In this document: one piece after another, positions 12,813 through 27,974 of the stretch
Position numbering within the stretch: position 1 is the stretch's first letter
Layout of the letters: the number at the start of each line of letters is the position of its first letter
NCBI RefSeq assembly: GCF_009914755.1
Contig: NC_060925.1
Source: the human T2T-CHM13v2.0 reference genome, Homo sapiens
DNA: 64,000 bases
Reading direction: 5' to 3' (one strand)
Translations under genes and position numbers: made by a program
The notes under the pieces: model-generated
Databases searched by the model: none
Seen by the model: only the letters and a program-made list of their open reading frames with translations
Told to the model about the DNA's origin: nothing

Positions 12813-13814
12813 CCAACAACATTATTTTGTTCTTTGTTTCCATTGCCTCTTCATGGCTGAATCACCAAGTGGCACACAAATATTAACTCTGAAAGATATG
12901 TGGAAGTGTGAAGCATAATCTTTATGATTCTGACAGCTGGTGATAAGCAGCAGCTGGGTTCATGAGTTCCATAGCCTTTGTGAGTATATTGTTAAAGCAT
13001 TTCGAAGGAGGAGAATTAAAAAATTAACTCTCCCTTCAAGCCTTGCCTACCCTGAAATATTTGTTAATAAATTGGAGTAATGCATTCATTAAGTCATGTG
13101 CATTTATATGCTTTTCAATCAGATCCTCATTCCTCCCATCCATTCTCTACACTTTTCTTTTTCTTTCCTTGGTGGTCGCCAAAGCATCAGAACCACCCCA
13201 CCTCTCCAATTCCTAAGCTGCTCTGCATACACAGCCTCCCTTAGATCAGCCCCTAGTGGGCCTAGGTATCTTGATTCCAACAATAATTGACTGAGCTCCC
13301 ATGCTCCCATTTTCCTTCCAGCGATTCCTGTGGTTTAAGCCAAATACTATGTAGCTCTAACTACTTAAAACAGAGCCTCTGATTAGGACACAGAAAGTTA
13401 TAACAATTGGATGCAAAGCTCCTGTTCTGAGAGTGACCAACATCCTGGCCTCTGACAAACAGCCAGTCCAAACATACTGGAGACCAAATGGAGCTTTAGT
13501 GGAAGGGTGGTTAATTGTGTGTTGGTTCCCATGGACAGAGTCCATGTTTCCATGTGTCATTTGCAGAATATCCAAGAAGAATTATAGGAGAGGCTAGATG
13601 AAAGCCTTGGTATGAGTGATAAATAGGGATGAGAGAAGCAGAGAGTGGTTGGGTTAGATGAACTTGTCAGAAGGTTACTTGTGGACATTAAAGCTGGGCA
13701 ATGTGCCTTGTGTGGCCTGAATATAGGCCCTTGCTTGGATTCTAGAAGCCCTATTTTCTTAGGCTCAACATTAGGATCCAATTACCTGCAACAGAGCTTT
13801 ATTTGATCCACTTG

Positions 13815-14410
13815 AATTTCTATTTGTCTACAGATATTTGTTGAGTAGCTTCCATGTGCGAATCACCAAGTGCCAGAACTAAGCAATGAAAAAGACAGCC
13901 AAAGGTTTTTTTTTTCCTCCAACTTGGTTTGATTCCAGTTGGAAAAAAACAGAAAACTGATAATTAAACAAGGTTACTTTGGGTCATAATAAGTGTTATG
14001 AAGAAAAATAAAGGAGTTAAACTGGGAGACATGCTAGAGAGTACTGGGATGCTAGAAAACCACTTTAAGTTTGATGTTCAAGTGAAGCCTCCCGTACCGA
14101 AGAGAAATATACTTAAGACTTTAAAGATGCAAAGGAGCCAGACATAGTACAGGAAGACATGGGTGGGTGCGTGGGGGGATCACGGAGAGTATTTGAAAGG
14201 AAAAAAGTACTACACAAGACAGAGTTAAGGCATGACCTTCAAGATCTGTATGTTTGAAAGGAGGCCCTGTGGCTGGAGCCTCATGAAATAGGTAGAGAGG
14301 AGAACTAGATAAGGTTGGAGAAGCCAGCAAAAGCCACATCTTGTAGGTCTGTAGGCCATGGTAGAGTTAAGATTTTATTCTAAATGCAATGAGAAGCTTC
14401 TCAGCAGTGT
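13815..14410 (-). mobile_element. L2 (L2a-like) 3' fragment
   Basis: cagatatttgttgagtagcttccatgtgc, ataagtgttatgaagaaaaataaag, gtaggccatggtagagttaagattttattctaaatgcaatgagaagc. Confidence 0.85.
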
Positions 14411-15434
14411 GGCCACAAAAACCACATTCTTCTTTCTCCACTACAACTCAGTAGTCCTCTCATAAGTTTGCATTTGACAATCTGATAGCTACATTAAGGA
14501 TATCAAAACCTAATCTTTGGCCAGTACTGAATTGTTCCTTTCTGCTTTGCTTTGTGTAGTTCTCACAATCTCTTAATGCTCATTCCAGATTTTACTTTGC
14601 TTCTGTTCTATATTAGTTTCTGTCCAATTAGCCATGGGCATGTTACCTGTGGGTGGAATCATGTTTTGCCCATATGCCCTGTTTAGAATTACAGTGAGTG
14701 TTTATTGTTCAAAATGGTACTACACTGATAAGAATCTATGCGAATGCATCATGGACTCTAAGAATATAGGATTACTGACTATTCACTCATGGCTCTTTAC
14801 ATCAAGCCCTCTATAGTAAGGATCAGTTGTCGTCTCATTTGGCACACCCAGCCTCGTAACTTCTTATAACTTATTATTCTCTTACCATTAATGCAAGAAT
14901 ATAGACATTAATTCAAATGAATGGCATCTGGAGATTGATTTTACCTTCAATAGTTATCCATGGTGGGAAGGCTATGAAGGATGTCTTGCTAAGAAATGGG
15001 CACATGATACCATTCTTTGTCTGCTGCTGGATTTAGATAAACAGTTTTATGTGAAAGGAACAAATTGGGATTTTAACCCACACCTTCCAGTGTTAATAAG
15101 AAACTATGTATTAAGTTTCATATTAACTGTGAGATAAGACAATGGACCTTCAGCTAAATACTGAGTAAAATCAGAGACTCAAGCCTGGAACTAGTTTTCC
15201 CGAAAACATACATCGAACAGTTTCTGCTACATAATTTCACAGAAGTATTGGCAATCTGACATTTCCTAGGCATCTGGGCTCATGAATATTTAGATAGATA
15301 GAATGCTGAATACTTGATTGAATGATGACATCTGGCACTCCTAGATTAAATGATGCTTCTAGTTCTAAGAGAAATAAAATAGGTTACTATGAAGGATATT
15401 AACTTTTATATAGGATTCACTTATTAATGAGAAA

Positions 15435-15530
15435 AATTTATTCTCTATCAGTCCAACAAGTTTTTTCTAGGTACTAACCTTGTGCAAGATAATGTGCTAA
15501 GGTCTAGGAAAACAGTATGAAGTTCCATAT
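15435..15530 (-). mobile_element. L2 3' fragment
   Basis: caacaagttttttctaggtactaaccttgtgcaagataatgtgctaagg. Confidence 0.55.
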
Positions 15531-16959
15531 TTACGACTTTGTACCTGATATTTGCTGGTTTCTTAGGAGGTTGTTTTTAAAGCCATAGGTATCATTCAAA
15601 ATGTGTCTACTGAGAAATTTCATGATCTTATCTGATACATTGCAAAAAATATATTTTAATTAAAATCAGAAGCCCAAGGATCTAGGGGTTAAATTGACCC
15701 TCAGGAAATTTCTGGAAACTTACAGGGCCAAGGTGAACTCATAGATCCCAGTTTAAGACAGTTTAGTTAAGGACCATCAAGTATTATTATTATGTGTGAA
15801 AAATTTTTATACATCTTGTCTTTCGATTTCTAAGGCACACAGTATAGATGTCAATTATAGGTAAAGCATATTTGCATTTCCTAAACCCTTGTTTCCTTCT
15901 CATTACAAACTATGTGTTTATGCCAGGTTGTTAGTGCCATACAGAATGCTTAGACTTTGACATTCCATACTTTAAAGTGTGAGCTATTGTATATTTCCCT
16001 AATATTTATATCTTACTGTTTTTTTTGAAACACAAATTCTCTGCCTTGATGCTTCATTTCTTCACTAGCACCTCCACACCCTTATCCTGAATCCAAGAAC
16101 CACATCAGTTCAGGTCTTAATGACCGCAGTACCTACTATACATAAGTCTTTTCTCTAAAAATAACAAATCATCCAGAACTGATAGCTGCTCATGGAAAGT
16201 CCATTACTTTGTTACTTCTGGCAGGCGCATGTATTTTTCTTTGGCTGGCTAGCCTAGTGGTGTTTCCAGCAGCTCGGATAACTGGCAACCCTGCATAATT
16301 CCTTCTGTTAGGCCTGTCAAAGTCTTGTCTGACACAGGTAAACTGGACATGACTATACAAATCCAGAAGGGCATACAGTGCCACTCTGAACTGTCACACC
16401 CTGCCAGATAGTCTCCCTAGTGTATCAGTGACTGGTTAGAGCGTTCTGGGCCCAGCATAGTTCTTCTCCATGAGATAAGATTTCTGCAAGCAGGACTTTG
16501 CCCTCAAGGTTTACGTTTTATTTAAAACTTAAGGCTCCAAAAGCTTTGGGTCAAATTCCATTGCCATTTATTTTCCCTTGCCATTTCGGATTGGACTGTC
16601 CCCCAGGGTCCCTTTCTTGAGCCTTGGACCTATCACTCCCCAGTCGTGTTTCTGACCTTTTCACTCTTCAGCCCTAAGTGCGTTATTTTGATCCACATGC
16701 TGGCTTTCCCTTCCAGGGCAATTTTGAATAAACTTGTAAATAGAGATCCAAGTAACTTTTTCACTTTCATTTCATGGTATTAGTCACTTCTATAGTTCCA
16801 GAATCCCCTCCTTACCCTTGCATTGGACTGCCCTCAGAGGAGAAGTCACTGGCTTTCCCACATTCTTCTGAAGTTGATTGACCAAGCATGGGAAATCCAG
16901 AAATTTGCGCCATGAAATATTCCTACAGTTATGTGTTGTGTTCTCTCTAGTTTCTATCA

Positions 16960-17097
16960 TGCTAAATGGCCCTTTAATACATCTTTGTTTTCTCCTAGAC
17001 AAAAACTCTCTTAAAGAAGTAGTGCCTATAATTTTTACTCAGTACTGTGCTTCATGCATACAATAGACTCAACAAGTTATTTATTAAATTGAATTTA
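16960..17097 (+). mobile_element. L2 3' end fragment
   Basis: cagtactgtgcttcatgcatacaatagactcaacaagttatttattaaattgaat. Confidence 0.55.
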
Positions 17098-19450
17098 AAA
17101 ATCAGCATCATAAACTCATTAGCTCTAATTTGAGTTTTTAACATAACCTGGTTCATTGATGGCTTTCTCTTTAAAGTTTCTATTTTAGAGAATTTGTATT
17201 TTTTCAAGCCTGAAAGCTTTAAAAATAGGAGGCTGAAGAATTCTATTGTTAGCCAAAGTGATTGCTGTGTTTTAATTTCAAGGTAAAAATGTACATTGCT
17301 TCATCTGTAGCCTGAGTGTAGATTTTATGTTTGGCTCTTTCAGATAAATTTACCTTATAAAAGGTCACCTAAGATAGCAGAGAAAAGCTGCCATTCATCC
17401 TTACTAAAAATAAAACTCTAGGCTTAATGGAGCACAAGATGTCTCCCTTGCATGAAATGTAATGTAGCTAGGATAGAATTCTCTGTTGGGTTTTTCTCAG
17501 AAAATGACCTATTTTCCTTCTCTTTCTCTGAAGCATTGGGTATCTGCCAATTCATTCAGATTCTGCAGGCATCTGGTAAAGCTCTGACTTGATTGCCTTG
17601 GTCAGATTGGATAGAAGCAGACCCAGGTGTTGCTCTTCTAGGCATGGTTTCCATACTACCTTGAAGTTGATCTACTCTGTAAGTTCAATCACCTTGAAAA
17701 TTACCCTCTAGTTTTCCATCAATCACATTGCCTCTGTTAGTCAGTTTTTTAGCTACTTGGATTTTGCGTGAAATATTTATTAAATTAAATTACACCAATG
17801 GACTCTGAGATTCACAAATATGTTGTAGATACACTTATAGTTACTCATCTGACCGAATTTTTTCCTGAGGAAAAAAAAAATAGTCAAAGGACTACCTTCT
17901 ATGAGTGGTCTTCTAGACTGCAAAAATCCAGATCTTGTCAGGATTCCATAATTTAATTAACAGAGTTCTGACTGACTTTGATTGGGGTGAAGAGCCTTAA
18001 AGAGTAGTATTAGTTCTTGGTTGCCAAAATGTCAAGTGTAACTTCAGCATCTTTTTATTGTTAAGACTAAGCATAAGCAGAGGTATTTTTGGAGTTAATC
18101 ACATTTCAAACCATGTAGAGTTTTCAAGTCTGTGTTTGTATATACCATGGCAATACTTTGAAGGAATTCTTGACCATACCAATTATTATTGAAAGTTTCT
18201 ACATGGGTAAGTGGACTGCCTCAGGTAGACCAAAGATTTATTTGAACCATTTTGTTTATTCACAAGAGAAAGGTTTCAAGTTTTCATATGTTTTATCTGT
18301 GAACAACTTTCAAATGTGTAAAATGGCCTGTGAACATGTCCAAAGTAACACCCTTCGACTCAAAAACTCCCAAAAATGTGAGAATTCACTGATGGTAACA
18401 AAGCCCAATAAGGAGTTTTAAAGTAAGCAAAGGGGCATAAAATTATGAAATCTTACCAATAGCTTACAAGCAGAAGTGTGGTTACCTAAATACCATCCAT
18501 TTACACACACTCCTCATAGAAATTCCTGCAGGCTCTTGAAAAGGAAAAGAACAACTTTCATGCTGTAGAAACACAAGAGATGGAGGCAGTAGTAATGCTA
18601 TAGGACATCAGGTGGAGGTCTAACAGGTGTACAAGCCTCAAAACTTCCTTGAAACAGAAGGCTTTCAGAAAAATAGAAACCTATGCAGTTTCTTTCTACC
18701 TCTACTGGCTCATATTGGATTGATTCTCACTTTCACAATTGCCTGATACTGGTTGCATGAGTAGGAGCCCTAGCCTAGGAAGGAATGTGGTAGAGGTAGA
18801 AAAGTATCACTTAGTTAGCAGTATGTTATATTCTGTTTTGTTTGTTTACAGTTTTCTGTGTTATTATGGTCTCACCAACTAGAATGTGTATCAGTGGGCA
18901 AGGATAGATGGCATATATTAATACTACCCTCTCTACAGCAAAAAGCAGAACACATTGTTCTATGTAACCACATTCTGGAGCCAGGAGTTTGAATTCTATC
19001 AGTCTGTGCCCCCTCTACTTTTTATTATCTCCCCTATCTTTGTCTCTTTTTAACTCTCCCTTTATTTGCATGCCAGTCCCATTCTCTCAGGCCAGCTTTA
19101 AACATGGCTGCCAGCAGAATACAAGTTCGCATCTCAGCTTTGACACAAAAATTAACAGAATCAAACAGTACTTTTTGTATTGTAGTAAAAATGCACCACC
19201 ATGTTCCACAGTCTCCCTAAGAGCGATTACATCTTGAAGACCTTTCATCCGCAAGTGAAATGTCAACATAGAAATCTTAAGTATTTTAGAATATTTAAGA
19301 AAGAGACTTTTTCAGTTAACATTATTAAATAAAATATAACTTTTAGGAAAAATACAGTAAGATGGCAAATATAATGTTCATACACTGCTGGTGGGAACAT
19401 AAAGTGGATAACCACTTTGAATAATAGTTTTTCAGTATCTTAAAAAATTA

Positions 19451-19742
<292 letters not shown>

Positions 19743-20271
19743 TTATACATCTACAGTATAACTCAACCTTTCTACTCCTAGGTATTTACCCAAGATAAAT
19801 AAAAGCGTATATTCAGAAAAGGTAAATACACAAATACTCATACCATGTTTATATGCAATGGCCTAACTGTAGTGACAAACCAAATGTCAAACAACTGGTG
19901 AATGGATAAAATTTGTGGTATGTTTATACAATGAAGTAGTCATTAGGCAATAAAAAGGAATGCACCACTGATATTTACTACAACGTGGATGAACCTCAAA
20001 ATAATTATGCTTTTGTACAGGTGGAATTATACAATATGTACTAATATGTATAAAAGTATGAAAAAGTATGAAAAGTATGGAAAAAGCAAAGTAATCTTTA
20101 GTGACAGAAAGCAAATCAATGATTGTCTGGGGGAATGGAGGCATGTGAGAAAGGGTAGGTGAGAGAGATTATAAGAGAGCATAAGGTAACATTTGAGTTG
20201 ATGAATATGTTGAGGACATAAGGAAACATTTGAGTTGATGAGTATGTTCATTATCTTAACTGCACTGATGG

Positions 20272-20325
20272 TATATATAGCCATATATATATACATATAT
20301 ACATATATTTATATATATATACACA
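20272..20325. repeat. (TA)n/(TACA) microsatellite
   Basis: tatatatagccatatatatatacatatatacatatatttatatatatatacacac. Confidence 0.9.
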
Positions 20326-20485
20326 CAGAAATTTATCAAATTATATGCTTCAAACATATTCTTTTTATTGTATGCAACTAAATCAAAATAAAACAGTTAA
20401 AACTTATGTGGGGCTCAACTAAAGCAATGCTTAGGGAAAAGATTCAATAATATATTACTGAATACTTATATTAGAAATGAAGGAA

Positions 20486-20798
20486 GGCCTGGTGCAGTGG
20501 TTTATGCCTTTAATCCCAGCATTTTGGGAGGCTGAGATGGGAGGATTGCTTGAGGCCAGGAGTTTGAGACCAGCTTAGGCAACAGAGCGAGATCCTGTCT
20601 CTGTAAAAAATAATTTTAAAAATTAGCTGGGTGTAGTGGTTCACACCTGTGGTCCCAGTTACTTGGGAGGCTGAGGCAAGAGGATTGTTGAACCCAGAAG
20701 TTTGAGGCTGCAGTGAGCTATGATTCTATGATTGTGCCTGGGCAAAATAGTGAGACCCTGTTTCTAAAAAAAAAAAAAAGGAAGAAAGAAAAGAGAGA
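20486..20798 (+). mobile_element. AluJ
   Basis: gggaggattgcttgaggccaggagtttgag, gaggctgcagtgagctatgat; TSD agaaatgaag (20473-20482 / 20799-20808). Confidence 0.95.
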
Positions 20799-21831
20799 AG
20801 AAATGAAGATACTGATGAGCAAATAAAACACAAAGCCAACAGAAGAAAGGAAAAAATAGAGAAGAACAAAACTAATGCAATTTAAAAGATAAAATCAATA
20901 AAGTGAATGAAACCATTGACTTTACTGGTTTGTTACTTGAAGAGATCAAAAAACTTAAACTTTTTTATTAGACTGATTAAGAAATAAAGAAGATACAAAT
21001 TACCAACATTAGGATTGAAAGAAGAACATCATGTGACCTACAAAAATTAGGAGGTCAATAAAAGCATATTATGAACAACTTCATGCCTATACATTTGACA
21101 GCACATGTGGAAATGGACAAATTTCTTAAAAGACAGAAACTAATAAAACTTATTCAAGAAGAAATAATGTCAATAAATAGCTCATTAATTAGTAAAGTAA
21201 TTGAACTAGAACCTAAAAGTGTGCACCCTAAAAATTCCAGGACCAGATGTCTTCACTGTTTAATTCTACCAAGAATCTATGAAAGACATAAATTTTACAA
21301 GAATTCTGCCAAAAAATAAAAAGGAAGGAACACTTTCCAATTCATTTTATGAATCAACATAGCCTTGACATAAAAACCAGACAAAGACATTACAATGTAA
21401 GAAAACTGTAGCCCAATATCCCTCATGATCATAGATGCAAAAGACCTTGACAAAATTTTAGCTAACTGAATCCATCACCATATAAAATTAATAATATATT
21501 ATTATCAAGATGCTTCTCAGGAATTCAAGGTTGGCTTAATATTCAAAAATCAATCAATCCAATTAATAACTCAACAGACTAAAAATGCATAAAATTATCT
21601 TCCTTGATGCAGAAGAGCTTTTTTTCAAATTCAAAACCCTTATTGATAAAAATTCTCAGCAAACCAAGAGTGGAAGAGAGTGTTCTTAACATAATCAAGG
21701 ACCGCTATGGAAAAATCACAGTTAACATGCTTAATGGTGAAAGCCCGAAGCCTTTCTCCCTAAGATCAGGAGCAGCACAAAGCTATCTGCTCTCATCATT
21801 TCTATTTAACACTATACTAGAGTTTTTAGAC

Positions 21832-22045
21832 CAGAGTTTCTCAACATCAGTATATTGACATTTTGGGCCTGATAAATTTTTGTTGTTCTTGAGCTGGCAC
21901 ATGCATTGTCGTATGTTAGCAGTATCCCTATCCCTGGCTTCTCTGCACTAGATTCCAGTAGTACTTGTGTCAACAAAAACTTTTTCCAGATGTTGCCAAA
22001 GGACTCTTGAGGAGAGACAAAATGATTACCAGTTGAGAATCACAG
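21832..22045 (-). mobile_element. MER20 (hAT-Charlie DNA transposon)
   Basis: termini cagagtttctcaac / gttgagaatcacag, internal attgacattttgggcctgataa; 8-bp TSD ttttagac / ttctagaa resembling the Charlie NTCTAGAN target. Confidence 0.9.
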
Positions 22046-22710
22046 TTCTAGAAAGTGTATAGTGAGAAAAACAGGAAGAGAAAAGAAAGGAAGAGAAAAG
22101 AACCAAATCAGAGAGGAAGAAATAAAATTGTCTATTTTCAGTGCATTATTGTCAATGAAGAAAATTCTGAGAAATCTCAAAGAAAAGGCACAAGATCTAA
22201 TACATGAGTTTAGTGAAGTTGAAAGATACAAAGAAATATACAGAAATCAGTAGTATTTCTATATCTGACAATAAACAATGAAAAGTTGAAATTTAAAATT
22301 ACCATTACAAAAGCATAAAAAATATGGAAATACTTAGGATACCTTTAACAAGGTATTTGAAATACATGTACATTGAAAACTCAATATATTGTGAAGACAG
22401 ATTTTTAAAAACCTAAATAAATGAAGAGATATACCATTTTAATAGAACAGAAAACTGAATATTGTTGAAATAGTAATTCTTCCTAAATTAATCTGTAGAT
22501 TCAATGCAAATCTAATCAAAATACCAGCAAAATTATTTTATAGAAAGTAAAAAGCTAATTCTGAAATTTATATGGAAATTCAAGGACTTAAATATAGCAT
22601 AAAAATGTACATATATATGTGTGTATATATAAATACACACACATAAATAAAAGGACCAAGTTAGAGAAATTGCACTATCTATTTTCAAGGCTTACTATAA
22701 AACCACATTA

Positions 22711-23114
<404 letters not shown>

Positions 23115-25668
23115 TTATTTATTTGTTTATTTTCTTGATATAAAATATTTTACATATTTATGGAGCACATGTGAGTATTTATTACATGCATAGAATGTGT
23201 AATGATCAAGTCAGAGTATTTGGGACATCTATCACTTTGAGTATTTATCTCTATGTGTTGGTAAAATTTCAAGTCCTCTCTTCTAGCTGCTTTGGAATAT
23301 ACACTATATTTCTGCTAACTTAGTCACCCTACTCTGCTATCAAATATTGGTGTTCTTTTTCTTCTATCTAACCACTAATCAATGTCTCTTTGTCCTCCCA
23401 TCTCCACCCACACACCCTTCCCAGTCTCTGGTACCTATTATATCTATTCTCTACCTCCATGAGATCAACTTTTTTAGTTCCCACATACGAGTGAGAACAT
23501 GCAATATTTGACTTTCTGTGCCTAGGTTATTTCACTTAATATAATGACTTTCAGTTCTATCCATGTTGCTTCAAATGACATAATTTCATTTTTTTATGGC
23601 TAATGGTATTCTATTGTGTATATATACCATTTTATTTATCCATGCATCTGACAGTGAACACTTAGGTTGTTTTCATATCTTTGCTATTGTGAATGGTTCT
23701 GCAATAAACATGCCAGCACAGGATCCCTCGATATACAGATTTGTTTCTTTCTTTTTTTATATATTCAGTAGTGGGATCACTGGATCACATGGCAGTTCTA
23801 TCATTTTAGCTTTTCAAGAAATCTCTATATTTTTATAATGGTTTTGCAAATTTACATTTGTGCCAACAGTGTATAAGGCTTCTCTTTTCTCCACATCCTT
23901 ACCAGCATTTTTTGTCTTTTTAATGATAGCCATTCTAACTGGGGCAAGATGTCATCTCATTGTGGTTTTGATTTTTGTTTCCCTGATGATTAGTAATGTT
24001 GAGTATTTTGTCATATACCTGTTGGTCATTTATGTCTTCACTTGAGAAATGTCTATTCAGGTCCTTAGCCCACTTTTTAATGGGGCTAATAGTTGAAAAA
24101 CTATTTTTTTTTTACTGTTGAACTGTTTGAATTCCTTGTATAATCTGGATGTTAGTCCCTTGTTGGATGAGTAATTTGCAAATATTTCCTCCCATCCAGC
24201 AGGTCATCTCTTCACTCTATTGACTGTGTCCTTTGCTGTGCAGAAGCTTTTAGGTTAATATAGTTTTATTTGTCTAATTTCATTATATTTGTCTGTGCTT
24301 TAGCCACGAAATCTTTCCCTAGACTGACATCTTGAAATATTTTTTTAAGTTCTTTTTTTTCCTGGCAATTTTATAGTTTCAGGTTTTGTATTTAAGTCTT
24401 CAATCCATCTGATATAATTTTTGTATGTGGAGGAGATATAGGTCCAGTTTCATTCTTCTGCATATAGGTATTCAATTTTCCCAACCCCATTTAATGCAAA
24501 GGGTATCTTTTCTCAGTGTATGTTCTTGATGCCTTAACTGAAAATCAGATGGCTGTAAATACATATATTTATTTCTGAACTCTATTCCATTGGTCTAAAT
24601 GTCTGTTTTTGTACCAATACCATGCTGTTTTGGTTACTATGGCCTTGTAATATATTTTGAAGTCACATAATATGATGCCTCTGACTTGGTTCTTTTGCTC
24701 AGAATTGCTTTGGCTATTCTGGCTCTTTTTTGGTGCCATATGAATTTTATGACTGTTTTTTCTATTTCTGTAAAAAATGATGTTTTGATAGAGATTTCAT
24801 TAAATTTGTAGATTGCTTTGGGCAGTATGGTTATTTTAAGGGTATTAGTTTTTGTTTATCCGTGAAGATGGGATATCTTTTCATTTCTTTGCATCATCTT
24901 CAAATTTTTTTTTCATCAGCGTTTTGTAGTTTTACTTGTAGATGTCCTTCACCTCTGGGTAAAATTTATTTCTAGATATTTTACTTTATTGTGGCTATTG
25001 GCAATGAGATTGCCTTCCTGACTTGGTTCTCAGCTGAATTGTTGTTGGATTATAAAACGACTACTGATTTTTGTACATTGATTTAGTATCCTGCAACTTC
25101 CCTACATTTATCAAAACTATGAGTTTTAGTTGGAGACTTTAGGTTTTTTCAGATATAAGATCATATCATCAAAAAGAGTGTCAATTTGACTTCCTCTTTA
25201 CAATTTTGTGTCTTTTATTTCTTTCTCTGGCCTGATTGCTCTGGCTAGGACTTCCAGTACTATGATGAATAGAAGTGGTGAAAGGGGGCATCCTTGTCTT
25301 GTTCTAGATCTTAGAGGAAAAGCTTCCAGGTTTTCCTCATTCAGTATGATGCTAACCGTGGGTTTGTTATATAAGCTCTTTATTATTTTGAGATATGTAC
25401 CTTCTATTCATAGTTTGTTGAGAGTTTTTTTTTATCATAAAGGGATATTAAATTTTATCAAATGCTTTTTATGCTTCTTTATTGATTTGTATATGTTGAG
25501 CCATCCTTGGCATCCCTGGGATAAATCCCACTTGATCGTGGTGTCTTCCTTTTGATCTGCTGTTGTATTCAATTTGCTAGTATGTTGTTGATTTTTGAGT
25601 CTAGGTTCATCAGGGGTATTGGCCTGTAAGTTTTCTTTTCTTTTCTTTTTTCTTTCTCTCTGTCTCTC

Positions 25669-25670
<2 letters not shown>

Positions 25671-25699
<29 letters not shown>
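25671..25699. repeat. (TG)n microsatellite inside L1MA
   Basis: directly visible. Confidence 0.95.
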
Positions 25700-25701
<2 letters not shown>

Positions 25702-27674
25702 TTGTTTGGTTTTGGTATCAGATTAGTGCTGGCCTCATAGAATGAGTTAGGAAAAGTTTCCTTCACTTTGAGTTTTTGGAATAGTTTCAGGAGGATGGTA
25801 TAGTTCTTTATATGTTTTGCACAATTCGACTGTGCATTCTTCCTGTCCTGTCTTTTTTATTCTTATTATTGATTAAATCTTGCTACCCATAATTGGTGGA
25901 TTCAGGTTTTCTATTTCTTTCTGATTCAATCTTGATAGTTTATAGGTTTCTATGAATTTACCCATTTCCTCTAGGTTTTCAGTTTGTTAGTATATATTTT
26001 TTCATAATAATCTCCATTGACCTTTAATATTTATGTGGTGTCTTTTGTAATGTCTCCCTTTCTTCATTTCTGATATTTTAAAATTTGGGTCTTCTCTGGT
26101 TAGTCTAGCTAGTGGTTTTTCAATTTCTTTTACCTTTTTGAAGAACCTAGTTTCTGTTTTTTAGTCTCTATTTCACTTAGTTCTGCTCTGATCTTTATTG
26201 TTTGATTGCTTCTGTTAATTTGGGTTTGGTTTGCTCTTGCTCCATTTAGTTCCTTGAGGTACATGTTTGGTTGTTTATTTGAAGTATTTTGACTTTTATA
26301 TAGGTATTTTTATACAGGCATTTATTGCTTCCCTCTTAGCATTTGCTGTATCCCACAGGTTGGAGTATGTTTTGTTTCCATTTTCATTTATTTCAAGAAC
26401 ATTTTTTATTTCCATCTTAATTTCTTCATTCTTAATTCTTTGTTGACCCAAAGGAGGTTCAGGAGTATGTTGTTTACTTTCTATGTATCTGTATAGTTTT
26501 CAAAATTACTCTTAGTATTGATTTCCAGTTTTATTCATTGTGATGTGAGAAGATACTTTATATAATTTTGATTTTTTTTTAATTTGAGACATATTTTGTG
26601 GCCTAACATATGGTCTATCCTGGAGAATGTTCCATGTGCTGATGAGAATAATGTATCTTCTGTAGTTTTTGGACAAAATGTCCTGTAAATGTCTGTTAGG
26701 TCCATTTGGTCTAATGTCCAGTTTAAATCCTGTTTCTTTATTGATTTTCTGTCTAGATGATCTGTCTAACTCTTAAAGTAGAGTGTTGAAGTCCCCCACT
26801 ATTATTGCATTGGAGTCTATTTTTCTCTTTAGATCTAGCTATATTTGCTTTGTAAATCTGGGTGCACCAGTGTTTGGTGCATACTTATTTAGAATTGTTA
26901 TTTCTTCTTGTTGGATTGATCTCTTTGCCATTATTTAGTGACTTTTTTATTTCATTTTTTTACTGTTTTTCTCTTAAGGTTTGTTTTATCTGATTTAAGT
27001 ATAGTTTTTCCTGCTTGCTTTGTCTTGCTTTGCATCTTTGTCTTCCATTTGTGTGAAATACTTTTTCCTTCTTTTTACTTGAGTCTATATGTGTTTTGCA
27101 GGTAAAGTATGTTTCTTGTAGGAAGCATATAATTGGATCATGCTTCTTTATCCATTTAGCCAGTCTACATATTTTTAAGTGGAGAATTTAATCATTTACA
27201 TTCAGAGTTATGGCTGATATGTAAGGCTTTGTTCTTATCATATTGTTAATTTTTTTCTGGTTGTTTTGTATATTCTTAGTTCCTTTCCTTTTTTTCTATT
27301 GTCTTCGTGGTTTGGTGATTATGTATAATGGTACCATTTGAGTTATTTCTCTTTCTCATTTGTGTGTTTGCTTTACTGTTGAATTTATACTTTTATGTGT
27401 TTTCATGATGGCAAATGTTGTCCTTTCAGCTTCAAATTCCCCTGAGCATTTCCTGTAGACCAGCCTAGTGGTGATGAATACTCTCAGCATTTGCTTGTGT
27501 GGGAAAGACTTTATTTTTCTTTCATTCATGAAGGGTAATTTTGTTGACATAGTGTCATGCATATTTTTCTTTCAGTGCTTTGAATATGTCATTCCATTAT
27601 CTCTTGACCTGTAAGGTTTCTGCCGAGAAATTCACTATTAGTCTGATGGGTGTTCTTTAAAAGGTATAGATGTG

Positions 27675-27974
<300 letters not shown>

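Noticed and set aside
15570-15770. Possible hAT-Charlie (MER5/MER33-like) remnant; also a MER91-like stretch at ~11688-11752
   Set aside because: Too diverged to assign by eye.
17340-17370. ccttataaaagg as a CArG or TATA box, with adjacent AAAGGTCA
   Set aside because: The spacer is 8 A/T rather than 6, there is no promoter context, and single short motifs are expected by chance.
751-19269. Numerous 60-120 aa ORFs in unique DNA
   Set aside because: Lengths are as expected by chance, many start at non-ATG codons, and none shows recognisable homology or exon structure.
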